Assembly (NCBI RefSeq): GCF_014280175.1
Contig: NZ_CP047931.1
Span: 330,001-362,000, forward strand
From: Synechococcus sp. A15-28
Lineage (GTDB): Bacteria; Cyanobacteriota; Cyanobacteriia; PCC-6307; Cyanobiaceae
DNA length: 32,000 nt
Direction: 5' to 3'
Positions 8,160 through 16,036 of this stretch are shown piece after piece. The stretch's first letter is position 1. Every line of letters starts with the position of its first letter. The notes below the pieces were generated by a model. The model had not been told where the DNA came from. It worked only from the letters and a program-made list of their open reading frames with translations, and did not search any database. The translations under genes were made by a program, and so were the position numbers.

Positions 8160-8600
8160 ATGTCGCAGCTCACGATCAAGCTCAGCGACAAGGCGGATGC
8201 CCTGATCGCTCAGCTCCAGAAAGAGATCTTCAACCGTCGTCGCAAGAAGGTCTCGGCCGCCGGCGTGGTGGAGACCCTGGTGGAAAGCGGCGCCAAGTCC
8301 CAGTCGGACAAACGCTTCGCCACCTCCTGGACCAATCTGATCAAGGACATCGAGAAGGCGGCCAAGCTGGCCTACGCCCACGGCAGCAAGCCCTCCACCC
8401 TCAGCGATGAGGAGTGGGCCCTGGTCCTCAGCCATCGCAGCCGTTCCACCACAGCCCGTCCCCGACGGACCGTGAAGAAAAAAGTGGTGGCCACCAAGAA
8501 GTCGGCGGCCCGCCGGACGCGCACCCGCAGTTCCGCTGCGGGTGCAGAAGCGTCGACCGCCGTCAGCAGCAATGGCAAAGCGGCGGTCACCGCCGGCTGA
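8160..8600 (+). CDS. Hypothetical protein with a ribbon-helix-helix-like N-terminus and a Lys/Arg-rich tail
   Basis: 146 aa from an ATG. MSQLTIKLSDKADALIAQLQKEI resembles the strand-helix start of CopG/Arc/MetJ proteins. The C-terminus RPRRTVKKKVVATKKSAARRTRTRSS is histone-H1-like and basic. The family is not identified. Confidence 0.55.
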   Translation: MSQLTIKLSDKADALIAQLQKEIFNRRRKKVSAAGVVETLVESGAKSQSDKRFATSWTNLIKDIEKAAKLAYAHGSKPSTLSDEEWALVLSHRSRSTTARPRRTVKKKVVATKKSAARRTRTRSSAAGAEASTAVSSNGKAAVTAG

Positions 8601-8603
8601 GCT

Positions 8604-9695
8604 TCACCAGAGGCTGCACTGTCCCTGCTGCCGCAGCAGGTGATCCGCCAGCACCAGCGCCACCATGGCCTCCACCATCGGCACAGCCCTGGGCAACACA
8701 CAGGGATCGTGTCGTCCCTTGCCGGCCAGGGTGGTGGCCTTGCCGTCGGAATCCACGGTCTGCTGTTCCTTGCGGATCGTGGCGGTGGGCTTGAAGGCCA
8801 CCCGGATCACAATCGGTTCGCCGTTGCTGATGCCGCCCTGGATGCCCCCGGAGTTGTTGGTGGCTGTCTGCAGCCGTCCATCCGCGGTGGGAACAAAGGC
8901 ATCGTTGTGCTCGCTGCCCTTGAGCAAGGTGCCATCGAAGCCGGAACCGATCTCGAAGCCCTTGGTGGCGGGGAGGGACATCACCGCCTTGGCCAGATCG
9001 GCCTCCAGCTTGTCGAAGACAGGCATGCCTAAACCTGGGGCGGGGTTGCGCACGACGCACTCGATCACCCCGCCACAGGAGTCGCCGTCCCGCCCGATCG
9101 CCTCGATCCGCTCCACCATCTGAGCGGCTGTGGAGGCGTCCGGGCAGCGGACGATGTTGCTCTCGATCGCCTCCAGCGTCACCGCCTGGGGATCCACGGA
9201 AGCTTCGATGGTGTGGATGCGCTTGACCCAGGCCAGCACTTCCGTGCCTGCGGCTTTGGCCAGCAGCTGCTTGGCAATCGCACCAGCCGCCACACGCCCG
9301 ATGGTTTCCCGGGCTGAGGCTCGCCCGCCACCGCTGCGCGCCTGGATGCCGTATTTCACCTGGTACGTGGCATCGGCATGGGAGGGCCGAAAGGCCACGG
9401 CCATGTCCTTGTAGTCGCCCGGGCGCTGGTCTTTGTTGCGCACCAGCATGGCGATCGGTGTTCCCAGGGTGGTCTGACCATCGAGGAGACCGCTCAGCAC
9501 CTCCACCTGATCCGCTTCCTTGCGTGGTGTGGTGATGTGGCTCTGGCCCGGCCGTCGCCGGTCCAGCTCCGCCTGGATCGCCTCAACATTCAAGTCCAGA
9601 CGCGGAGGGCAACCCTCCACGATCACCCCCACGCCACCGCCGTGGGACTCACCGAAGGTGCTGATCCGAAACAGATCGCCGAAGCTGCTGCCCAT
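8604..9695 (-). CDS. aroC: Chorismate synthase
   Basis: 363 aa. [31 protein letters not shown] and the [16 protein letters not shown] and GRHDPCV blocks are diagnostic. Confidence 0.95.
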   Translation of the reverse strand: MGSSFGDLFRISTFGESHGGGVGVIVEGCPPRLDLNVEAIQAELDRRRPGQSHITTPRKEADQVEVLSGLLDGQTTLGTPIAMLVRNKDQRPGDYKDMAVAFRPSHADATYQVKYGIQARSGGGRASARETIGRVAAGAIAKQLLAKAAGTEVLAWVKRIHTIEASVDPQAVTLEAIESNIVRCPDASTAAQMVERIEAIGRDGDSCGGVIECVVRNPAPGLGMPVFDKLEADLAKAVMSLPATKGFEIGSGFDGTLLKGSEHNDAFVPTADGRLQTATNNSGGIQGGISNGEPIVIRVAFKPTATIRKEQQTVDSDGKATTLAGKGRHDPCVLPRAVPMVEAMVALVLADHLLRQQGQCSLW

Positions 9696-9718
9696 GGAGT
9701 CTCCGCTCTACCTGGAGG

Positions 9719-10453
9719 CTACGAAGCCGCCGATCGCAGCAGCGCTCGTTGTCGCATGTTCTGCAGACGCTGCCAAAGCTGGGCGATTCCGAGAAAGATC
9801 CAGCTCATCCCCACCAACCAGACGGGTTGGTCACGCCGGAACACGTCAAACAGCAGCACCACCCTCGGCTGGTCCGATCGGTTGACGGCGGAATGCATGA
9901 AGGTGTCGTCCCAGAGGAAGCCATCGCCTTCCTTCAGGTAGTAAGTCTCGCCATCGATCTGCAGTTCGCAGGAGCTGCGTCCATCCCCCAGATCGGCCAC
10001 ATACAGAGGGAGGTGGAACCGCCAAACCCCCTTAAAAGGCCCTTTGTGGGGCCGCAGCACTTTCCCTGGCGGGAACAGGCTCACAGCGGCGGAGACCACA
10101 TCGCGATGGCGGTTGAGAAAGCTCAGCAGGCTCGGGATCAAGGCCTGATTAGCGGGGTAGTCGTAGCCATAGCCCCGCAGCGGCAACATCCCCCACACCT
10201 TGCGATCGAATTCGTAGAGCGTGCGCTGCTGCTCCATGATCTCGTGGTTGGCCGGCAGGCGACCGGAGAGCGCCACCTCCAGGGTTTCCTGGCGGATGGC
10301 CTCAAAGTTGCTGTGCAGTTCGGCGCTGGCCGGGAAGTGATCCAGAGCTGGCACCACAGGCGGGTTGTGGAGCGATCGCTCGTAGCACCAGCGGGCGATC
10401 TCACGCCAGAAGCGATAGTTCCAGGGGGCCCAGCGCAGCAGTTTCTTCCGCAC
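9719..10453 (-). CDS. Aspartyl/asparaginyl beta-hydroxylase family 2-oxoglutarate/Fe(II) dioxygenase (LpxO/AspH-like)
   Basis: 244 aa with a GTG start. LRPHKGPFKGVWRFHLPLYV...LQIDGETYYLKEGDGFLWDDTFMHSAVNRSDQPRVVLLFD matches the AspH-type cupin core, with His...His ligands. A C-terminal hydrophobic anchor is present. Confidence 0.85.
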   Translation of the reverse strand: MRKKLLRWAPWNYRFWREIARWCYERSLHNPPVVPALDHFPASAELHSNFEAIRQETLEVALSGRLPANHEIMEQQRTLYEFDRKVWGMLPLRGYGYDYPANQALIPSLLSFLNRHRDVVSAAVSLFPPGKVLRPHKGPFKGVWRFHLPLYVADLGDGRSSCELQIDGETYYLKEGDGFLWDDTFMHSAVNRSDQPRVVLLFDVFRRDQPVWLVGMSWIFLGIAQLWQRLQNMRQRALLRSAAS

Positions 10454-10497
10454 AGCCCTCGTTCAATCGGGCGAAAGCATCGCACGTGCGTGAGCTG

Positions 10498-11148
10498 TTA
10501 GGCGTCTCCAACGACGAAAGACAATCCTGCGAGACCAAAGGGGCGGTAGGGCTCAAATGCAAGATCACAACGTAATGTCTTGAACTCCAAGAAAGCGTTA
10601 CGGGCTCCTGAATAATCGAAACGTGTGCCACAGTGATAATGCTCGAAAGCGAGAATTACTCCGCTTGTGAGGTGAGTTGATACGAAGAGCAGTGCTGCTC
10701 TGACTTCGGTGAAGGAGTGGAAAGTGATAAGCAAAAATGCCAACTGATGTGGAAGTGGAGGCGGATTCGTTGAAAAAGTTGGAACGAGCTTGATTACTTC
10801 CACCTGCTGGGCATCAATGCCAGCACGCCAGCACCGATTCTTGAAAGTCTTTTCAGACATCAGAGGAGTATTGGGGAGCCAACGCGGATGCAGATCTCGT
10901 TCTGTTTGAGGTTCGGGGATGCGATCAAAAGTGCTGTATGCCCAGAGTCTCCTGTCGGTTGGCTGACTTCGCACAGCCCTCCAAGCCATCTGAAATGTAA
11001 TGAACCTTTGGCATCCAAACTCGACGTAATCGCCATTGATTTTGTTGAAATGAAGAAGTCTTAGGGATTTTCGAAGAAATGCCGCTGTGTCTGCGTTGTT
11101 GGCGTGTTGTTCCTGCGATCTTGAAAGAATATGGTTCATTCGCCTCAT
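10498..11148 (-). CDS. Hypothetical protein with a TylF/macrocin-O-methyltransferase-like fold (tentative), in the AT-rich islet
   Basis: 216 aa. GDYVEFGC resembles the G.x.E.G SAM-binding loop. WAYSTFDRIPEP resembles the DSFEGxP block of TylF-family enzymes. Its ATG overlaps the stop of the upstream gene (ATGA at 11145-11148). The CDS itself is well supported; the family call is weak. Confidence 0.45.
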   Translation of the reverse strand: MRRMNHILSRSQEQHANNADTAAFLRKSLRLLHFNKINGDYVEFGCQRFITFQMAWRAVRSQPTDRRLWAYSTFDRIPEPQTERDLHPRWLPNTPLMSEKTFKNRCWRAGIDAQQVEVIKLVPTFSTNPPPLPHQLAFLLITFHSFTEVRAALLFVSTHLTSGVILAFEHYHCGTRFDYSGARNAFLEFKTLRCDLAFEPYRPFGLAGLSFVVGDA

Positions 11149-12143
11149 TGTTCTGAGGATGGCGTCATTGATGAGCCTCTCGCAGGCTCAATATGAAAAA
11201 GTAGTTCAAGTGCTTCCCGCAAGGTTGATGTCCAATCCATATTTCTACGTCTTACCAGCACAGTGTTGGGGTAAAAAGGGGATTTATCGACATGGTCAGG
11301 CCAAGTGGTGACACTTTTGCTGTCCAATACCACCACACAAGGAATACCAAGGGCGCCTGCCATGTGGGCTGTCGTGTTGCTGATCGTTAAGACGCGTTGG
11401 ACGGATGCGACTTGAGAGGCAAATCCATCGAGGTCTTTGAACTGATCTATCCGACGAGCTGCTTTAACTGGTCGGCCACTCTTTTGAACAAGTTCTTTAA
11501 GCCCAGCCCGCCCTTCCTGATACTGCAAGGACTGCACGCGACCTCGCACATCACGAATGAGCTCTGCCCAGTTTTCTAAGGAAGGTAGACATTTGTGGAT
11601 CGCTTTTGAGTACCATGAGATGCCAAGCCCTCGCGGGTTTATCGCAGATGTAGGTGGAGGACTCAGCGGTAGGAAGCTGTTGAGGATGAGCTCTTCGTTA
11701 TGTGCATAGAATAATGCAAGTTGTTCATAGGTAGTCCAAGCCGTTTCGTTATCCTGAGGTAATGCGTCATTGGCGCTGATGAAACGGACATAAGGGAAAC
11801 TGCGGTTGAATAGAGGAATTAAGCGCTCTTCGGTTTGAACAATGAGCTCACAGACATCTGCGGCTGCTTGGGCTACGAGATGTACCAGTCGTAGTTCATC
11901 ACCAAGATCCCGCTTTCTTTCCTCAACAACGAGGGTTCTAACGCGATCGCAGGGTCCTCGCCAAAGTCGGCCATGCTTAGACTTTTCCAGCGCGGCTATT
12001 GCTTGAAAGGTTTTCCATGCCTGTTTGTAGTAGCAGCAACGCTCCATTTTGTTGGCGGCTTCAGTCATACTAATTAAGTCGCTCTCAGCTTCTGCTAGGC
12101 GAGCCTTTTCCACATGCCAGGACAAGTTGGAGTAGCGCATCAT
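11145..12143 (-). CDS. Hypothetical protein with a glycosyltransferase-family-9 (heptosyltransferase)-like C-terminal domain (tentative), in the AT-rich islet
   Basis: 332 aa. GLGISWYSKAIHKCLP...SLQYQEG...VLTISNTTAHMAGALGIPCVVVLDS...SPFYPNTVLVRR resembles the GISW.S / SLQY / NT.AHLAGALG.P / SPWYP pattern of GT9-like proteins that often carry TPR repeats. The N-terminal half is unrecognised. Confidence 0.45.
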   Translation of the reverse strand: MMRYSNLSWHVEKARLAEAESDLISMTEAANKMERCCYYKQAWKTFQAIAALEKSKHGRLWRGPCDRVRTLVVEERKRDLGDELRLVHLVAQAAADVCELIVQTEERLIPLFNRSFPYVRFISANDALPQDNETAWTTYEQLALFYAHNEELILNSFLPLSPPPTSAINPRGLGISWYSKAIHKCLPSLENWAELIRDVRGRVQSLQYQEGRAGLKELVQKSGRPVKAARRIDQFKDLDGFASQVASVQRVLTISNTTAHMAGALGIPCVVVLDSKSVTTWPDHVDKSPFYPNTVLVRRRNMDWTSTLREALELLFHIEPARGSSMTPSSEQ

Positions 12144-12250
12144 TGTGTGGAGGTGGTCACTTTGGAGAACCGTGGTAGTTGCTCATCGGCTTATAGACCG
12201 ATACACAACTTTCAACCCTGGCATAGAAGGAGGGATGGCCATTTAAGCTC

Positions 12251-13651
12251 TCAGTCCCTCTCCACCCCATCGCCGCACTTGATCCGCTGACGGTCGAGTT
12301 TGCGTTGGAGGTGCGGTGTGATCCCCAGCTCTGCGGTGTCCCAGAGGCGGTCCATCTCACGGGTGAAGTGTTGGGCGAGTTGGGGTGAGTGAATCACCAG
12401 CAGGGTCTCGTCGTTGGTGTGGGCAGCAGAGGGGCTCCAATTGAAGCTCCCTGTGATCACCGTTTTGTTGTCGATCACGGCGAACTTGTGGTGCAATTTG
12501 TCGCCTCGAGCGAGGCGAGGGGTGCCCACGCCGCGGATGGGCTGTTGGAAGGGTTTGTTGTTGGCCTCGAGTTTGCAGTGCCGATCCGGCAGGGCCACCC
12601 CCAACAGATCGAGCACTTCTGAGAACGTTCGGCTGGCGAAGCCTGGGTCGGCCACCAGCCGAATCTTGCCCCCTTTGTTGGCGCGCTCCTCCAGCACATT
12701 CGCCAGCTGCTGAGCTGAAAACACGAACAGGGCCATGTCGATCTGTCGCTGGGCTGCCGCCAGCTTTGCTGCCAACCAGTTCAACCCGTGGGAGGCGTTG
12801 CGCTTTGGGTGAGGACTGAACAGCACCTCCACCTCCACATCGCCGACGGTGATCCTCTCCGCTTCATGGCCGCCCTTGCCCAGCCCAAAGCGGCTGTCCT
12901 TGGCGCCGCCGGGTCCATCACCCCACATCCGTTCGAACTCGCCTCGGAACACAGCCGCCAAGGCGGTGCTGTCGATTCGCAATAAATGGTTGACGTTGCC
13001 CCGGGTGCTGGCCCTGCCCGCATCACCATGCAGGCCGGAACTGGTGAAGTTGGCGCTGCCGGTGATCACGCTGCGGTCATCGACCACGACGAATTTGTGG
13101 TGCATCAGTCCACTGCCGCTGCTGCCGTCTTCGGTGTCATCCATCAATGGCACACCGGCCTCGACGAGCAACCTGACGGCATCACCGTCGCGGGCCTCCT
13201 GCGGAGTCGTGATCCGATCGCCATCGGCATCGGCCAGTTGCTGGAGTTGGTGCCAGCGATGCCGTTGGTGTTTGGGCAGGTGGCTGGGTTGCTGTTCGCT
13301 CCAGGGGGTGCTGTAGCTGTTCTCCAACACGAGTTTCACCTGCACCCCACGCCGGTGAGCGGCGATCAGTTGCTTGGCGGGGCTTGGCAGCGACAGCTCT
13401 TGAACGGCCACCAGCAGGCTGCTGTCGGCAGCCTGGATGGCCTCGACAATCAGTTGCTCCAGGTCATCACCGTTGCGCCATTCACCCGTGAGAGGGGATG
13501 GGTAGCGACCACTCTCTCGGTGGTTGAAGCCAAGAGCAAACCCGGGGGGTAAGGGGAGATCAGCTTCAACAGCCCCGACGATCTGTCCAGGTCGGCTGCA
13601 GCTGCAGCACAACAACAACGGAATCACCAGTAGCGCCGTGCGGACTCGCAT
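12251..13651 (-). CDS. Phospholipase D family protein with two HKD motifs and an N-terminal signal peptide
   Basis: HHKFVVVDDRSVITGSANFT and HHKFAVIDNKTVITGSFNWS are two intact H.K....D....GS.N motifs. The N-terminus MRVRTALLVIPLLLCCSCS is a signal or possible lipoprotein peptide. I prefer the ATG at 13651 over the TTG at 13654. Confidence 0.85.
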   Translation of the reverse strand: MRVRTALLVIPLLLCCSCSRPGQIVGAVEADLPLPPGFALGFNHRESGRYPSPLTGEWRNGDDLEQLIVEAIQAADSSLLVAVQELSLPSPAKQLIAAHRRGVQVKLVLENSYSTPWSEQQPSHLPKHQRHRWHQLQQLADADGDRITTPQEARDGDAVRLLVEAGVPLMDDTEDGSSGSGLMHHKFVVVDDRSVITGSANFTSSGLHGDAGRASTRGNVNHLLRIDSTALAAVFRGEFERMWGDGPGGAKDSRFGLGKGGHEAERITVGDVEVEVLFSPHPKRNASHGLNWLAAKLAAAQRQIDMALFVFSAQQLANVLEERANKGGKIRLVADPGFASRTFSEVLDLLGVALPDRHCKLEANNKPFQQPIRGVGTPRLARGDKLHHKFAVIDNKTVITGSFNWSPSAAHTNDETLLVIHSPQLAQHFTREMDRLWDTAELGITPHLQRKLDRQRIKCGDGVERD

Positions 13652-13701
13652 CAAGGCTGAAGTCGCTTCCTCTCAGTGTTCCCCTCTTCGGCGAAGCCCT
13701 A

Positions 13702-13908
13702 TCAGTGGGGCATCTCGGAGGTTTTGAGCATGGCCACAAACCAGAGGCCACTCAGGACAAGGGCTGCTGCAACCCCAGCGCCAATGCCAACCCTGGCCAT
13801 CATGAGCGGCACCACCAAAGGAAAAGCCATCGCCCCTGCGAGAGGGGTGATGGCGACGAACCAACGCAATGCGGTTGGGGACTTGGATTCGGAAGAGTTC
13901 AGAACCAC
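13702..13908 (-). CDS. Small hydrophobic membrane protein (42-68 aa depending on start)
   Basis: The GTG at 13908 overlaps the stop of the upstream gene by 10 nt. The sequence holds two predicted TM helices (WFVAITPLAGAMAFPLVVPLMM, IGAGVAAALVLSGLWFVAML). Alternative starts are the TTG at 13869 and the ATG at 13830. Confidence 0.45.
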   Translation of the reverse strand: MVLNSSESKSPTALRWFVAITPLAGAMAFPLVVPLMMARVGIGAGVAAALVLSGLWFVAMLKTSEMPH

Positions 13909-14993
13909 TCGGCGCGGGCTTCGCTGGCGGGGTTGCTGTTGTCTTCGGGGGTCTGACGCTCGAAGTTCAGGGTGATGTTGCGCTTCTGCTCCCCATCCGC
14001 TGCGGTGGCCTCGATGGCATACACCTGTTCGCCATCGCGGAAGGGAACCTGGATGCGGAAGGTGCCATCGGTGGACAGGGGCACCTCTTCGCCGCCGATG
14101 GTGAGGCGGGCAGAAGGATCGGTGGCGCCGTAAACGATAAGCTCAGCATCAGCCACAAGCCAGAAGGAGCGTTGGCGAGGTGCCACGCCACCAAGGCCGG
14201 ACTCATTGCGGCCACTGGCCCAGAGGCCGATGCCGGAGTCGTTCAGACCGAAGCGGTCGGAGTCAGACGAGGAATCAATCGCTTCCTGGAATTCCTCGGA
14301 GCCGACGCGACGGCGGCGGAAGTGAACGGTTGCGCTCTGGTAAAGACGCTCATGCAGACCGCTGTCGCTGGATTCGGCCGGGGGGGCGACGGGTGCGGGC
14401 TCAACCACCGGAGCGGGGGAGGCGTTGTCCAGGCTGAAGGGAACGAATTGATCGAGGATCTGCTCGCTGGGGTGCAAAGCCGGGACGCGGGCCACGGACG
14501 AGAAGGCCAGGGACATCCAGGTGGTGCCGATGCGGTAGCCCAGTTCAACGCGGTAGTCGCGATCGCAAAGGGGAACAGGCAGGTACCACTCGGTGCTGTG
14601 GCTATCAACAGGGACTTCCTGAAGCGTGTGGGGATGGGCGTTGCCGTCCTGCATGCCGGTCACATCGGCAAGTCGCAGGCAGAGGCGGCTGGCGCCTTCC
14701 TTCTGAGCACGCTTGCGGTCGTTGTCGGAGATCTCCCAGAACACGTAGGCCCACTGGGGATCGCGGGGAAGGAAGACCACACGGGTTTCTGTGGTCGAAA
14801 CAGCGGGGGGTGTTAGTTCGGCTTCGATGGCTTTCAGATCGCCACCGCGCTTCTCCTGACGCTGCGCCACCTCATCAACCAGAGCCTCCTTGCTCTTGCG
14901 GCTGTAGAGCGGAACACCGAGATCGCTGGCGATCTGGCGCAATTGACGCAGGGTCAGACGTGCCAATGAGGTCAGGGTCTGAGACACGTCCAA
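13899..14993 (-). CDS. Rho_N/SAP-like N-terminal domain plus DUF4912-like protein
   Basis: 364 aa. LTLRQLRQIASDLGVPLYSRKSKEALVDEV is the Rho-termination-factor N-terminal helix-hairpin motif. It is followed by VVFLPRDPQWAYVFWEISD, typical of cyanobacterial DUF4912 proteins. The start is non-ATG (TTG at 14993, GTG at 14987 or TTG at 14966). Confidence 0.7.
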   Translation of the reverse strand: MDVSQTLTSLARLTLRQLRQIASDLGVPLYSRKSKEALVDEVAQRQEKRGGDLKAIEAELTPPAVSTTETRVVFLPRDPQWAYVFWEISDNDRKRAQKEGASRLCLRLADVTGMQDGNAHPHTLQEVPVDSHSTEWYLPVPLCDRDYRVELGYRIGTTWMSLAFSSVARVPALHPSEQILDQFVPFSLDNASPAPVVEPAPVAPPAESSDSGLHERLYQSATVHFRRRRVGSEEFQEAIDSSSDSDRFGLNDSGIGLWASGRNESGLGGVAPRQRSFWLVADAELIVYGATDPSARLTIGGEEVPLSTDGTFRIQVPFRDGEQVYAIEATAADGEQKRNITLNFERQTPEDNSNPASEARAEWF

Positions 14994-15119
14994 AACTCCA
15001 GGATTCGTTTGGGATCATTGTGCGATGAAAAAAACCTTTCCGAACCGTTAACGAACCCAGGGTCAGTGGATCCTGACCCTGAACGGCTTCCGCAGAGCGG
15101 GGATCACTGTCAGGCACAC

Positions 15120-15151
15120 AAAAAAAGCGGGGCTTAAGCCCCGCTTTTTTT
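15120..15151 (-). terminator. Intrinsic terminator of cpcG, a perfect 32-nt palindrome that could act in both directions
   Basis: AAAAAAAGCGGGGCTTAAGCCCCGCTTTTTTT has a 7-bp GC stem, a TTAA loop and 7-nt A and T runs on either side. It lies 18 nt past the cpcG stop (15170). Confidence 0.85.
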
Positions 15152-15169
15152 GTGTTTGGAGAGGTTGGA

Positions 15170-15928
15170 TCAGCGACCGATGCTGCGGTAGGGCACGCGT
15201 GACATGTAGTCGATGTCGGTGCTGGAGGAATTGCCGCGTGGGTTGGGCATGGGGACGTCCTTGAGCCAGGCCATGTAGTCGCTGGGGGATCCACCGCGTT
15301 TGATCTTGGCCCGGGCTGGCAGCTGCTTGGCAGGCCCGCCCGTGAACATGATCTGAGGGAAGCCAAGGATTCCCCGGTAGTACTCGTCGTAACGAGGGCT
15401 GGTGATGTTGAACGGGGTATCACCGAGCTCACGGCCGGGCAGCACGCGGTTGCGCTGAGAGGGGACGGTGTCGTAGCCGAAGGCATCCAGGTATTCCTGG
15501 CTGTCGAGCAGCACATCCACAAGACCCTCAACGCCCTTGGTGCCGATCACGATGGACCATGCAATCTCTTCAGACTTGTTGGTTTTGCGACCCAGCAGCT
15601 TCTCAACAAGGTGGCGCACCACCTTGTAATTGCTGTTCATGCCGTAGAAGCTGCGCTTGAACGTGTCGGAAAGCACCAGGCCGCGCACGAAGTCGCGAAC
15701 CGTGATCTGGCCATCCTTCAACTGGGACTCCAGGTTCACATCCCGATCGGACTTGAAGGCGTGAAAGAAGATCTGGCGGTAGGCGCTCTCGATCACGGTG
15801 TCGAGATTGTCCCGATCCATGGCGATCTCCATGGAATTGGCGCGGGCCGTTTCATCGGATTGAACACGCAGGGCCGCCACCCGGGAGTTCTGGGTGATTG
15901 GTGCGTACTCCAGAAGGGGAATGGCCAC
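15170..15928 (-). CDS. cpcG: Phycobilisome rod-core linker polypeptide CpcG
   Basis: (V)AIPLLEYAPITQNSRV is the canonical CpcG N-terminus, with a GTG at 15928. The PBS-linker domain reads YRQIFFHAFKSDRDVNLESQLKDGQITVRDFVRGLVLSDTFKRSFY. The track's upstream extension to 15973 is probably not translated. Confidence 0.9.
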   Translation of the reverse strand: MAIPLLEYAPITQNSRVAALRVQSDETARANSMEIAMDRDNLDTVIESAYRQIFFHAFKSDRDVNLESQLKDGQITVRDFVRGLVLSDTFKRSFYGMNSNYKVVRHLVEKLLGRKTNKSEEIAWSIVIGTKGVEGLVDVLLDSQEYLDAFGYDTVPSQRNRVLPGRELGDTPFNITSPRYDEYYRGILGFPQIMFTGGPAKQLPARAKIKRGGSPSDYMAWLKDVPMPNPRGNSSSTDIDYMSRVPYRSIGR

Positions 15929-16036
15929 GCGAGCTTCAGCATCCACTGCCGGCGATCGTAGAAGTGGGCGCAAGCCCCCACTCCCTGGGGTTGAGCAGCA
16001 ATTACATCCCGTAATAGTCGCCCTGAGTACTTCTGC

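Noticed and set aside
8640-10501. Plus-strand ORFs 8640..9032, 8665..9123, 9130..9414, 9378..9941 and 9749..10501
   Set aside because: All are antisense to aroC or the beta-hydroxylase, which have diagnostic motifs. They are shadow frames.
12144-12250. Promoter-like TTGAAA-N14-TATAAG upstream of the islet genes
   Set aside because: The 14-nt spacer is too short for a standard sigma-70-type promoter, and there is no supporting evidence. It is left uncalled.
13869-14816. 315-aa plus-strand ORF opposite the DUF4912-like gene
   Set aside because: The translation is Gly/Ala-rich with no motif. The minus-strand frame has the Rho_N motif and coding-like composition.
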